64,000 nucleotides of DNA from Octopus sinensis. Taxonomy: Eukaryota. The notes under the pieces are model-generated. The model saw only the letters and a list, made by a program, of their open reading frames with translations. It made no database searches and had not been told where the DNA came from. Below, in pieces: positions 37,201 to 48,700 of the stretch (positions are counted from its first letter, which is position 1; every line of letters begins with the position of its first letter). The translations under genes were made by a program, and so were the position numbers. The stretch covers positions 57,226,001 through 57,290,000 of the forward strand of contig NC_043009.1 of the NCBI RefSeq assembly GCF_006345805.1, in the 5' to 3' direction.

Positions 37201-40200
37201 ATCAAAATCAAATGGAAATTGTTGTTGTGATCCTCGTGCTGGTGGCACATAAAAAGCACCATCCGAAATCCGAACATGGCTGATGCCAGCGCTGCCTTGA
37301 CTGGCTTCCGTGCCAGTGGCATGTAAAAAACACCAACCGATTGTAGTTGTTGCCAGTGCACAGGTGGCATGTAAAAAGCACCCACTACACTCTCGGAGTG
37401 GTTGGTGTTAGGAAGGCACCCAGCTGTAGAAACACTGCCAGATCTGACTGGAGCCTGGTGCAGCCTCCTGGCTTCCCAGACCCCAGTCGAACCGTCCAAC
37501 ACATGCCAGCATGGAAAACGGACGTTTAAACGATGATGATGATGATGAGTCTGGTGCTGCCTTCCAGCTTGCTAGCTCTGGTCAAACCATCCAACCCATG
37601 CTCAGCATGGACAATGGATGCTAAGTGATGATGATGATGTTACACTATCTCTGCTACTCCACTGTCATCAGTATTGTAACAAACTTTTGCCTTTCTTGTT
37701 TTAGCAGTAGCGACCGACTCTGACCCTTCCAGTTTAATAGTCAGTTCCATTAAGAAACAACTTAAAGAAGAGTTTGGTAAGATTTTCTGTTTTACTACTT
37801 TTGTTTAACCCTTTCATTACCGTATTTATTTTGAGATGCTCTGAGTTTCTTTCAATTGTTTTAAATATGATAAAGAATTTAGTAAAATAACTTAGTTACA
37901 ATTTAGATAGTTTTATGAACATAAATTGTGACTAAGGTTTGGTGGAAGATTTTAATTCAAAACTTATGAAAACAAGCCATTTGTACTACAGAGCCAGATT
38001 CAACTGGGTTGGTAACAAACTGGTTAAGTTTTAATTTAAAAGAAGATATTTTCTGAAGTTTTTACAAATCAATATTTACTTCAAACCAAAAAAAAAAAGT
38101 TATAAAGACTTGTTGATGGATTTTTAAAGATTAAGTTGGATACATATGTAAAGCTGTTGATGATGATGATTGCAGTGACATTGAAGAATTCATTCATGCA
38201 TTTGTTTGTTTCTTTAATGTCTGTTTATTTGTGGGTTGGACAGGTATTTGCTTCATGCAGCATTCTATAACCAGCTGCTCCTATTCTTTTATTTTTACTT
38301 AATTCCTTAAGCCCAACTGATTTGCTAACCCATAGCTGGTCCCTTGACAGATGCTACTACTCCAGGTCAGTGTAGACCTATGAACAATAGTGTCTTAAGA
38401 GGTAGTTCCATATTCCTCAAAACCCTGGAACTTCTAATACCGGATGCAGTTTAATGTCATACCAACACACACACACACACTCTCTCTCTCACACATGTAT
38501 ACGTACGCATACGACAACCTTGGTATAGTTTCTGTTTACCAAATGCACTTATAAGGCATTATTCAGCCCAGGACTACAGTAGAAGACAACGACCCAAGAT
38601 GCTGCCAAGCAGGACTGAATCCGAAATTTTAACATTCTTGTGTGGTTAAGAAATTTACTTCTCTGCCATCAGAAACTGTACAAAAGCAGTTGTATACATG
38701 TATACATGTGTGTGTGTTGGTATGACTTCAAACTTCATCCAGTACTAGGACCCTGGCTTAGGAATTCCAGGGTTTTGAGGATTGTGGAACCAGGGTTGGT
38801 GACAGGAAGAGCATCATGAGAAATGGACACTATATGAACGAACAAACACATGTACCACCACTCTGTGTGCATGTGTGTGTGTAAATATGCATCTCCAATC
38901 ATAAAATCCTGCTTCGAAATCAATTCCTGTTCAAGCTTTGCTAGGATGAACAAATGGATATTGAAGAAACAAATGAATGCACACACACACACACAGATAC
39001 TTATATATGTATGTACATTATTTACATTTGACGGATATTTGTCCTTGTCTTGTTTGTTGTTAACACAATGTTTTGGCTGATATACCATTCAGCCTTCATC
39101 AGGTGTCTTGGGGAAATTTTGAACCAGGGTTCTAATTCCTAAGATATTTTTCGATGTTATTATTATTCAGTTCACTGCCATATACCCACGGGCATTTGGC
39201 ATAGTGGTTAAGAGCACTCCGAGTTCAATTCCAGGCAGTGACCTGAAAAACAATAATAATAACAACAACAACATCGAAAAATACCTTAGGAATGAGAACC
39301 CAGGTTCGAAAGTTCCCCAAGACACCGTTCCTCAAGGCTGGATGGTATATCAGCCGAAATGTGTTAACAACAACCAAGATGAGGACAAATATCCATCAAA
39401 TGTAAATAATGTACATAATTCCTCATCTCTTAAATATAGAACTATATTATATATGTTTGTTGTTTACAGCTTCAACAGATAAGGAAATTAATGAACTTCT
39501 GGAGGAGGCTTCTTCTAAAAGGTGGACGAAAACGCATCACTCGGCCTCAGAATGTGCTTTTTCTTTGGAACTGACCGATATTCTTACAGACACAATGGAC
39601 TACAAGTAAGGAACCAAACAGCTCTAATTGATTAATTGATGTTGTTGAGCCCCAGGTCAGCTCTGATCCAGCAGGCCAATAAAGACATTCCAGCTGTGAC
39701 CATTCCTTTTATTGAAGCTCATTATCTACAACTACATTATGCAACGTCTTTTTTTTTTTACTACTTTTTACTTAAGTTGGGTTGAGGGATATTGGCTGCT
39801 ATTTCTAGCAGGTCTAGCGACCATGTAGAGGTACTCTCATTGGGTGGAAAGCTTGTGGTCCCCAGATCTAGTGCTAATATGGAATTGTGCAATAGGTCAG
39901 TGAACTGGCAGAATTGTTAGCATGCTGGGCAGTGGTCAGTGGTATTTTATTTGTCTTTATGTTTTGAGTTCAGATTCCACTGAGGTTTACTTTGCTTTTT
40001 GTCATCTTGGGGTCAATAAAATAAATATCAGCTAATCACTGGGGCTGGTGTAATTGACTTACTCAGCTCCCACGAACATGCCGGCCCTGTTCCAAAATGT
40101 GCAAATGGCAGACACACACACACATATGCACAGACATACACACACACACACATATGCAGACATACACACTCATGCATGCACACACACACTAGTGTAAAAG

Positions 40201-41520
40201 GCCAAAATGCTTTTGCAGCTCTTAGTTCTTTTACATTCTGAGTTCAAATCCTCCTCATGAATGCTTTTTTTTTTCTTTTCCCCATTCATTCTTTGAGATT
40301 GATGAATACCTTGTATGTACTGGCATCAATTTAATCAATTGTATTCTTTCGCCAAGAGTTCAATACTAGTCAGAGCCAGTTTTCTTCCTTTTATTTATCT
40401 GTTAGCATAAGTGTGTGTTATATACTGGAGTTAAGTTCCAGTGAGTTTACTTTTCCTTTATGAATGTGAAATTCTGGAATTTAATCTAACTGGTCTGTTC
40501 TGAGTTCAATCTCTGATGGAATTGCATTTGTGTTTCATTTTTTTTCTAGGGTGTTTCTATCCCTTTGTCACACTCTAACCTCTCATCACTTGGCACAAAA
40601 CCACCTCCTCCAATGCAAAGGATCTTTGCCTTGCAGGTGATTTAGTGACCCTGCCATTGCTGGTGCATCCAGTCCACACTGTAAAGTGGTTGGTGTTTAG
40701 AAGGGCATCCAGCTGGTAAAAACCATGCCAAAACTGGCCTTGCTGGTGTCATGTAAACTGCATTCAGTCCACTTTGTAAGTGGATGGTGTTAGGAAGGGC
40801 ATCCAGCTGTAAACCCCCTGCCAAAACAGTGAAGCCTGATGCAATCTTTTTCCTAGCCAGCCCCTGTCAAACTGTCCAACCCATGCCAGCATGGAAAACA
40901 GACATTAAATGATGATGATGATGACTTCTGAGTTAATGGTGGTGATTGTGTGACATCAACTTCCATCACTTATACCTCTTCTTTGATTGACATTGATCCC
41001 TGTTATAGGACAACTAACTTCACCTCCTTTGTTTTACAACAAAGAGAATGTCAATCCCTCGTTGATTCTTTTAGAAAAATCTATATGTAAGAGAATATTG
41101 TAACAGGTGTGACAAATTCACATCTAGGAATTAACATATGTCATATTTTATCATAACTCTGGTCACATAAGATTGGTCTTTGATGTTACAATTAAAAACT
41201 GACTATTAATGTTATTCATGATGTATAAGTCATTTAAATATTATTGTATATGTCGTTATAATGCAGTAATACTAACTTCATAAGCAATTCACTAAGGTTC
41301 TAAGTAAAGTCAAACTCAGTAACCAAAGTCATAAGTAAAGTAATAATTTAGTAAAATAATGATCTTAGTAATAAGTAAAGAGTTATTTTCTTTTGATGTC
41401 TAATTTTTGTTTCTATTTTCTTCCAACAGATACTGGAATGAATTTTTCTCAAGACAGAAGGAAATCTCGCGGAAATTGAAGATGATTCAAATGCAAACGT
41501 CAGCTAATGGTTCAAGATGA
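29771..41520 (+). CDS. Single-RRM RNA-binding protein, 186 aa, with an unassigned helical C-terminal half
   Basis: Six exons 29771-29836, 33242-33330, 34859-34965, 37705-37776, 39470-39605 and 41430-41520, all GT-AG with consistent phases (0,2,1,1,2). RNP2-like CHIKYLP, RNP1-like YTFGFVRF, then ESANHAVKSVSGKMVNGQKLLVSHAK. The first coding exon has an acceptor at 29743, so an upstream (probably 5'UTR) exon exists. Confidence 0.88.
32420..33010 (-). mobile_element. Decayed mariner transposase fragment
   Basis: PPYSLDLVPTDYHSFQNLDNFLMGKKFNSDNAVKQALQDFIDSRLPDFYSSRLDKLQLKWQK matches the mariner C-terminal motif. Confidence 0.8.
35458..35952. mobile_element. Tc1/pogo-type MITE with TA target duplication; second copy at 63638 to window end
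   Basis: TA|CCGTAAATCCTCGAGTATAAT ... ATTATACTCAATGATTTACAG|TA; the body is closely similar to 63638-64000. Confidence 0.8.
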
Positions 41521-44500
41521 AGGAAAGAAATGATGATGGAACCGTGGAAAATAACAGATTGGCCTGTTGTTGTTGAGAGGGCAGAGAGAACCCGAGATTG
41601 TCCTATTGTCTCAGAGAGCATAAGAGACTAATTGATTTTCTCTATGAGGACAAAGAGAGTATAACAGATTCATTGACCTGAAAAGAAAAAAGAGAGAATG
41701 ACAAAGTGATTCTTTGTTCCAAAGAAGGAAGAGAGAATATTAACAGATTGAACCATTGTTCATAAGAGGAGACAGAGCATAAATCTGATCTGTTGTACTT
41801 CAGAGAGAATATGATAGACACAGCAGTTCTTCCAAAAAGAGAGAGAACGTATTATAGACTGACCTTTTACTCCTGAAAATGGAGAAAATATAACGGATTG
41901 AGTCATTGTCCCCAAAACAGAGACACAGAAAACAAGCTCACCAAGTGTAGCATGACCTGCAGCAGTACCATGTCCCACAGAAGTAGACTGAGCTGAGAGA
42001 CAGCAGAAATGTAATAAAGCTGAAGTTAGACGTGGCTGTGAGGTTCTTCATCGCAAATATGCAATATCCCAGATACTTATAATGGTGAGGATTAGTGACT
42101 GTTTAATGTGGTGGAATATTGCACAGGAGAAACTGTTATATTGTGACGATACCCAGAAAGTTGTTGAAAACTTGAGTCCAGTCTATTTTCATCACAAAAG
42201 TGACCATAAGTGAACAGTTTTGTGTTAAATAGTAATAAATATATTGTTCATTCCAAACCTCTGTTCTCTGTGCGTTATATTTTCATTAAGCTAAGACAGC
42301 ATGGAGTCAGTTCTAATCCATTTATTGTTGATCATAATGGAGTTAATCATGTGATATTTACTAACTACACATGCTAGCTTGAATTGGATACATCTTCAGC
42401 ACGACATCTTTCCATTTATTGAAGTCCTTTGTCACCTCTTCATGCAGTTGAGCCTCTTGAGGTCAACTTGTATCATTTTTATTTCCATCTTCCTCTTGGA
42501 TTGCTTGGCACATTTTTTTATCCAATCGTCATCATTCATACACTTCAGTGTGGTGGCACATGGCCTAGTGGTTAGAGTAGTGGACTCGCGAGTTCAAATC
42601 TCAGACTGGGTGATGTGTGTGTTTATGAGCGAAATACCTAAGCTCCACGTGGTTCCAGCAGAAGGTAATGGCGAACTTCTGCTGACTCTTTTGCCACAAC
42701 TTTCTCTCACTCTTTCCTCCTACATCTTGCAGCTCACCTGCGACGGACTGGTGTCCTGTTCAGGTGGAACCTATACGCCAAGAAAACTGGCCCTTATGAG
42801 CTAGGCATGGCTCGAATAGGAACAAAAATGCACTTCACATGTCCATACCAGCTCAGTCTTCTCTCTTGCCCATTACACAGCTAGTTCTACTAATACTCAG
42901 GTTGTGCTTGTTCACACATCTTGTGGAACATGCCTCATTTTCTTTCCACCCTTTACTTATGTGCCACTTTCAAAACCATGTGTTTCATAACCATGGAATA
43001 TCATAATTGGTACAGAGGTGTCATACAATCTACATTTCATTCGCAAACAGAATCTCTTCCTTACCAGCATCAGTATTAGTTTCCAGGAATTTCTCCACTC
43101 CATTCTTACTCTGGCAGCTATAATTTGTGAGCAGCGAGCTGGCAGAATCCTTAGCGGTATTTTGTCTGCTGCTACATTCTGAGTTCAAATTCTGCCAAGG
43201 TCGACTTTGCCTTTCATCCTTTCAGGGTCGATTAAATAAGTACCAGTTATGCACTGGGGTCGATATAATCGACTTAATCCATTTGTCTGTCCTCTGTGTT
43301 TAGCCCCTTGGGAGTAGTAAAGAAATAGGTATTTCGTTTATCTTTACATTGCGAGTTCAAATTCCGTCGAGGTCGACTTTGCCTTTCATCCTTTCGGGAT
43401 TGATTAAATAAGTACCAGTTACACACTGGGATCGATGTAATAGACTTAATCCCTTTGTCTGTCCCCTCTATGTTTAGCCTCTTGTGGGCAATAAACAAAT
43501 ATAGAAATACATATTTTGTGACACTGATCTTTTACTGTTGATTTGATCATCAACTACTAAATAACCTTCCAGCATATTTTGGAAACTCCTCTTGAATTCT
43601 TTGATTCAGTGAAAGGTTTAGGTTGTCTTGTGTCTACAATACACAAAATATTTTAATTTCATTTTTTTACACAATTCCAAATATTTAATTATAAAAATAG
43701 GATTTTTTAAAACATAAAATGGTTATGAGGATCCACCTGAATGAAATAAGAATCATAGGGATCCCATAGGTAACGAAATGGTTTGAGAACCACTGGTTTA
43801 GTTCTTATTCTATTACCACTAAGTTCTATTACCGATCAAAGCCTTGTGAGTGGATTTGGTAGACGGAAACTGAAAGAAGCCCGTCTACCATATATATATG
43901 TGTGTGTCTGTCACTCCAACATTGCTTGACAACCAATGCTGGTGTGTTTACATCCCCATAACTTAGCAGTTCAGCAAAAGAGACCAACAGAATAAGTACT
44001 AGGCTTACAAAGAATAAGTCCTGGGGTCAATTTGCTCAACTAAAGGCGGTGCTCCAGTCATCCATCAAAAACTTTCTCTCCATGACCATCCTGCCTTTCA
44101 TACATTACTATACCTTGGGATACATTATCAAGTGTTTCTAAGACAGGATATTTTGCTGCTTCTTCACCAGGTCTGCTCAGATTAGGAGCATTTACAATCA
44201 AAATTATTCTAGCTTTGACCATTTCATCTTCTTATGTTGAAACATATTGTATTTTGATCTCTATCATCAAGTATTTTTTAAAGACAGTTGGAATATAAAG
44301 GAGATGTGGCTGCTAGAAATAACAGCTGCTGAATGAATTTTATAGAATAGTAATGGTGAATCTAGAACATGCCACAGATTTCTGAATAACGATGAATGTA
44401 CTTGGAAAAAAAATCTCCCTGCAATCATCATTTGATGTCCATTTTCCATGAGCTGGATGGTTTGACAGGAACTGCACCAGGTTCCATTGTTTTTATATGG

Positions 44501-45731
44501 TTTCTATAGCTGGATGCCCTTCCAAATGCCAACCACTTCAGAGAGTGCACTAGATGCCTTTTATGTGGCACCAGCACCAGTGGTTTTCACATGGCAATAT
44601 CAAGTTATAAAAACTTTAGCTTGCTAACCAACCACATGGTTCCGGGTTCAGTCCCACTGCGTGGCATCTTGGGCAAGTGTCTTCTGCTATAGCCCCGGGC
44701 TGACCAATGCCTTGTGAGTGGATTTGGTAGACGGAAACTGAAAGAAGCCTGTTGTATATATGTATGTGTGTGTTTGTCCCCCTAGCATTGCTTGACAACC
44801 GATGCTGGTGTGTTTACGTCCCCGTCACTTAGCGGTTCGGCAAAGGAGACCGATAGAATAAGTACTGGGCTTACAAAGAATAAGTCCCGGGGTCGATTTG
44901 CTCGACTAAAGGTGGTGCTCCAACATGGCTGCAGTCAAATGACTGAAACAAGTAAAAGAGTAAAATATGTATATGATATTTCAAGAACAGGATTATTAAT
45001 GAAGTTAGTAATTATTAATAATCTAATGATAGAAATTGAAATTTCAACAACACCCCCGGCTAAAAAATGGTTTGCCATAACTAATGTAGAAGTATCCTTA
45101 TTGGTTCATTTCATAGATATCATTTTCTTGTGTTTCATTGTCTAGTTGCCTGACAGCTTACCTTGCTGACTATTTCTGCCTCTTTATCATTGTATTAACA
45201 TTCCACATATCTATTTGTCTATCAATTTCATTTTCTTTATAATGCTTTTTATTTCTTCTGTCCCTTTCTCAGCAGAACCACTGCTTTCCCATTCCACATT
45301 ACTACAGAATGACAGAAAATGGGAAATAAGCAAGAAAGAAAAAAAAATAAAAGACATATGACTAGGTGTTTTATAGAGATAAGGACAGGTGTTTAAGTGG
45401 ATTATCAAGATAATCACCCTAGAAATAGACAACTATAAAGTACAAAACAATTATCCATCACATTTTCACCTTTCAAGACAAGACATTTTAATGTTGTCTG
45501 GTGTTTTATTAACATAACAATATTAGTACAGCTCCCTTACTGTCATCTCTTGCTTGACTCCATCTCCACCAACTGCTCCTCCTTCTCGGTGCCTCGGACA
45601 AAATACTAATTAATAGGGCACAAGATATTTTGGAGAGTTTGTTTTGGGTTGTTTTTTTTCTATTTTATTTAAAAAATGAAATTATTGTCTTTAAATAATA
45701 GTTATCTTCATTATTATCTTCCTCCACTTCT

Positions 45732-48700
45732 TCATACAGCATCTTTCTTGTTCATAGGTTCACTATCGTCATCATGCGAGTTGCTGAGAACCTCTCTAAT
45801 GCGGCTAACCAGACCATCGTCGTCGTACATTGATCGGGACCCTACAGAAAAAAAGAAAAACAAAATAAACAAATAATAAAGTAATAAAAAAAACTGTACG
45901 CACAGCATAATTAATACCCCCCACCACCGGCTTCTGTAACATCACCATTCTCCCACTAATACTGAAGTTACCTTCAATAAACTTAGCCTGACTACAACAC
46001 TTAGGTATCCACCACCTGATACAAGTGCTAAACGAGAGAGAGAGAGAGAGATAACTAGTAAACTTCCATAGGGGCCACCAATACCAGCAGAAATCTGATA
46101 TATAATGTAGTAGTCTAATAATACCAGGCACAAGCAGAATGAGCAACAGATAGTAGCCTCATCTCACTGAATGTCCAATAAATAACATAATATTCTAATC
46201 ACAGCAGGTGTCAATGAAATAACAAATGTTACATTGAGGCTTTACTATTTAAAGCAGTGGTTCTCAGCTGGGGACCATATGGCCCTTGTGTGTGTGTGAG
46301 AGAGTTCTAGATACTATTCTTAGTTAAAGTTTATGAGCAATAGTTTATATTTCTACAATACACCAAATATTTTTTGAAATTTTTTCCCTAATACAATTCC
46401 TAATAAATATTCTTTTCTACTGGATGCACAACACCTCAAATTTGGGGGAAGGGATTAAGTCTATTACATCAACCCTACTGCATAACTGGTACTTATTTAA
46501 TCAACCCCGAAAGGATGAAAGGCAAAGTCGACCTTGGCGGAATTTGAACTAGAAATGTGAAAACAGACAAAACATTTTGTCTAATGATTGTGCCAGCTCG
46601 CTGCCTTAATAAAAAAAAATATATATAATTAGATTAAAAACGGATATTTAGAGTGATTTTAGATATATTGTCTTAATGAAAGACAGGATGGTCATGGATG
46701 GAATATGTTTAATCATAAGCCTGCTGGGTAAGGATTTATCAGGGATTAAACAAATGAAACACTGGATTATGAAGTCCTAGGTACACTATGTTGGATAAAA
46801 GACTGGATGATTATTCATGGTTAATGAAGAACATGATGATGTGGTGTTCATGCTTTTTCCAAGGACATTAGTTATATCTGTAATGTCTGTAAATGAAGGG
46901 AAGCAGCTGTGACTGGGAGATGAAATTGGAAATGGTAAAGTTTGGTGATGAAGAATTTGGCATTTTGCTAAACTAAGTTTTCCAAAAGTTGATACTCTCT
47001 TTCACCACATCCATTTACACCCATCTCACTATACAAACCCACCCTATCACCATGGATACTACCATCTACAGACACACATACCCACAAATTAATTTCATCC
47101 TGACTTACAACCCTGTTTATTTTTCCTACGTCACACCTGTCTTATATGAAATACTGGAAAATTTTAGGTGTTAGGGAAGAGCTGTGACAGGGGCTAAGGG
47201 CTAACACAAAGCAATGACCGAAGGCCCCCTTATCAACAAGTGATAATGCTAACAAACAACAAGAGAGAAGGAGAGACTGAGGGCAAGAGTCAGAGAGAGA
47301 TGAAGTTTGAAGGTGAAAGTTGAAAACTAACCCGGGTATTGGAGGTCAGGCTAGGTAACATCTAGTTAACCAAATATTTTACGTTTCAATTTGCCTAGAA
47401 AACCATTATCATGATCATGATCGTCATCATTAGATGAGGGACTAGATTTAGGGGCTGATCCCTTTCCTGATATATTTTCTGTGTTTTCCTTCTTATCTGA
47501 AAAGAGAGGAAGTGCACAGAATTATTTGTATTATTGGTATTAATGAGAACAAGTTGGTGTTTAGTAATGGGAACAGGCCTTCAAAGGAGGAGGACTATAA
47601 AAAAAACAACAAAAAAATGTTAATCGTGCAAGGGGAAAGTGGGGGGAGGGGTATTGAGCACCTGATTGATTTATTGAGACAATGTGTGTGTGTGTGTGTG
47701 TGATGATCATAACATCTACTTTTCCATGCTTGCACAGGTCAGACAAGACTATATGTTGAGGGTAGAGTTTTCTAAGTCTGGATGCCTTTCCTGATGCAAG
47801 CGCTCACCTGTTTCCAAGCAAGGTAATAACCTTCCAGTCTAGTGAATAATGAACAACATGAATAGGGTTGCAATTAAGAACTGGAAACAAACGGCTGTTT
47901 AACATGTCAAGTGTATACACAACAGACTTGTTTAACTGAATGGTTTAGAAAACAGACTTATCAAAGACCACAAGATTGTCTAACTGACGGGCATAGACAA
48001 CAGATGTCTAACCAAATGACAAGCAGACAGCAGACTTGCCTCACTGAATGTTATAGATAATAGATGTCTAATCAAATGGTATAGACAACAGACTGCCTAA
48101 CTGAGTTGCATGAACAACAGACTTATTCAACAGGCTTCTCTAACTGAATAGTATAGGCAACAGATTTGTCTAAATGAATGATATAAACAGCAGATTTGTC
48201 TAAATGAATGGTATAGACAAAAGACTTGTCTAATCAAATGGATAGGCAACAGACTAGTCTAACTTAATGGTATGTAAACAGGCTTGTCTAACCGAATGAT
48301 ATAGACAACAGACATGTCTAACTGAATGTTACAGAAAACAAACATGTTCAATCAAATGTTGGAGACAACAGACTTGTCTAACTGAATGGTACATAAGCCA
48401 CTAAACCCTGACTTGTCTATATCAATACTAGACAACAAACGTCTCTAATTCAATTTCCAGTCCATATATTTACACTTCACCAACAAAATCGTAAGAAACC
48501 AGACCTTAAATGTTACCCAACTAAACAACAGAGTCCAAAGAAAGATAAAGAACCAGGGTACTTACCAGAGGTAGTTTTCACTACTTCATCAATGGTACCA
48601 TCAACACCTTTTTCATTTTCAGCGTAGGCAAGTAAGAGAGACTTTTGTGATTGAGTTAACGATCTGTAAGAGACAACAGTCAAAAATATTTTATTTAGAT

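Noticed and set aside
47900-48440. CRISPR-like array of palindromic 30-bp repeats
   Set aside because: No unique spacers, units are degenerate and head-to-tail, there are no cas genes, and the context is a eukaryotic intron.
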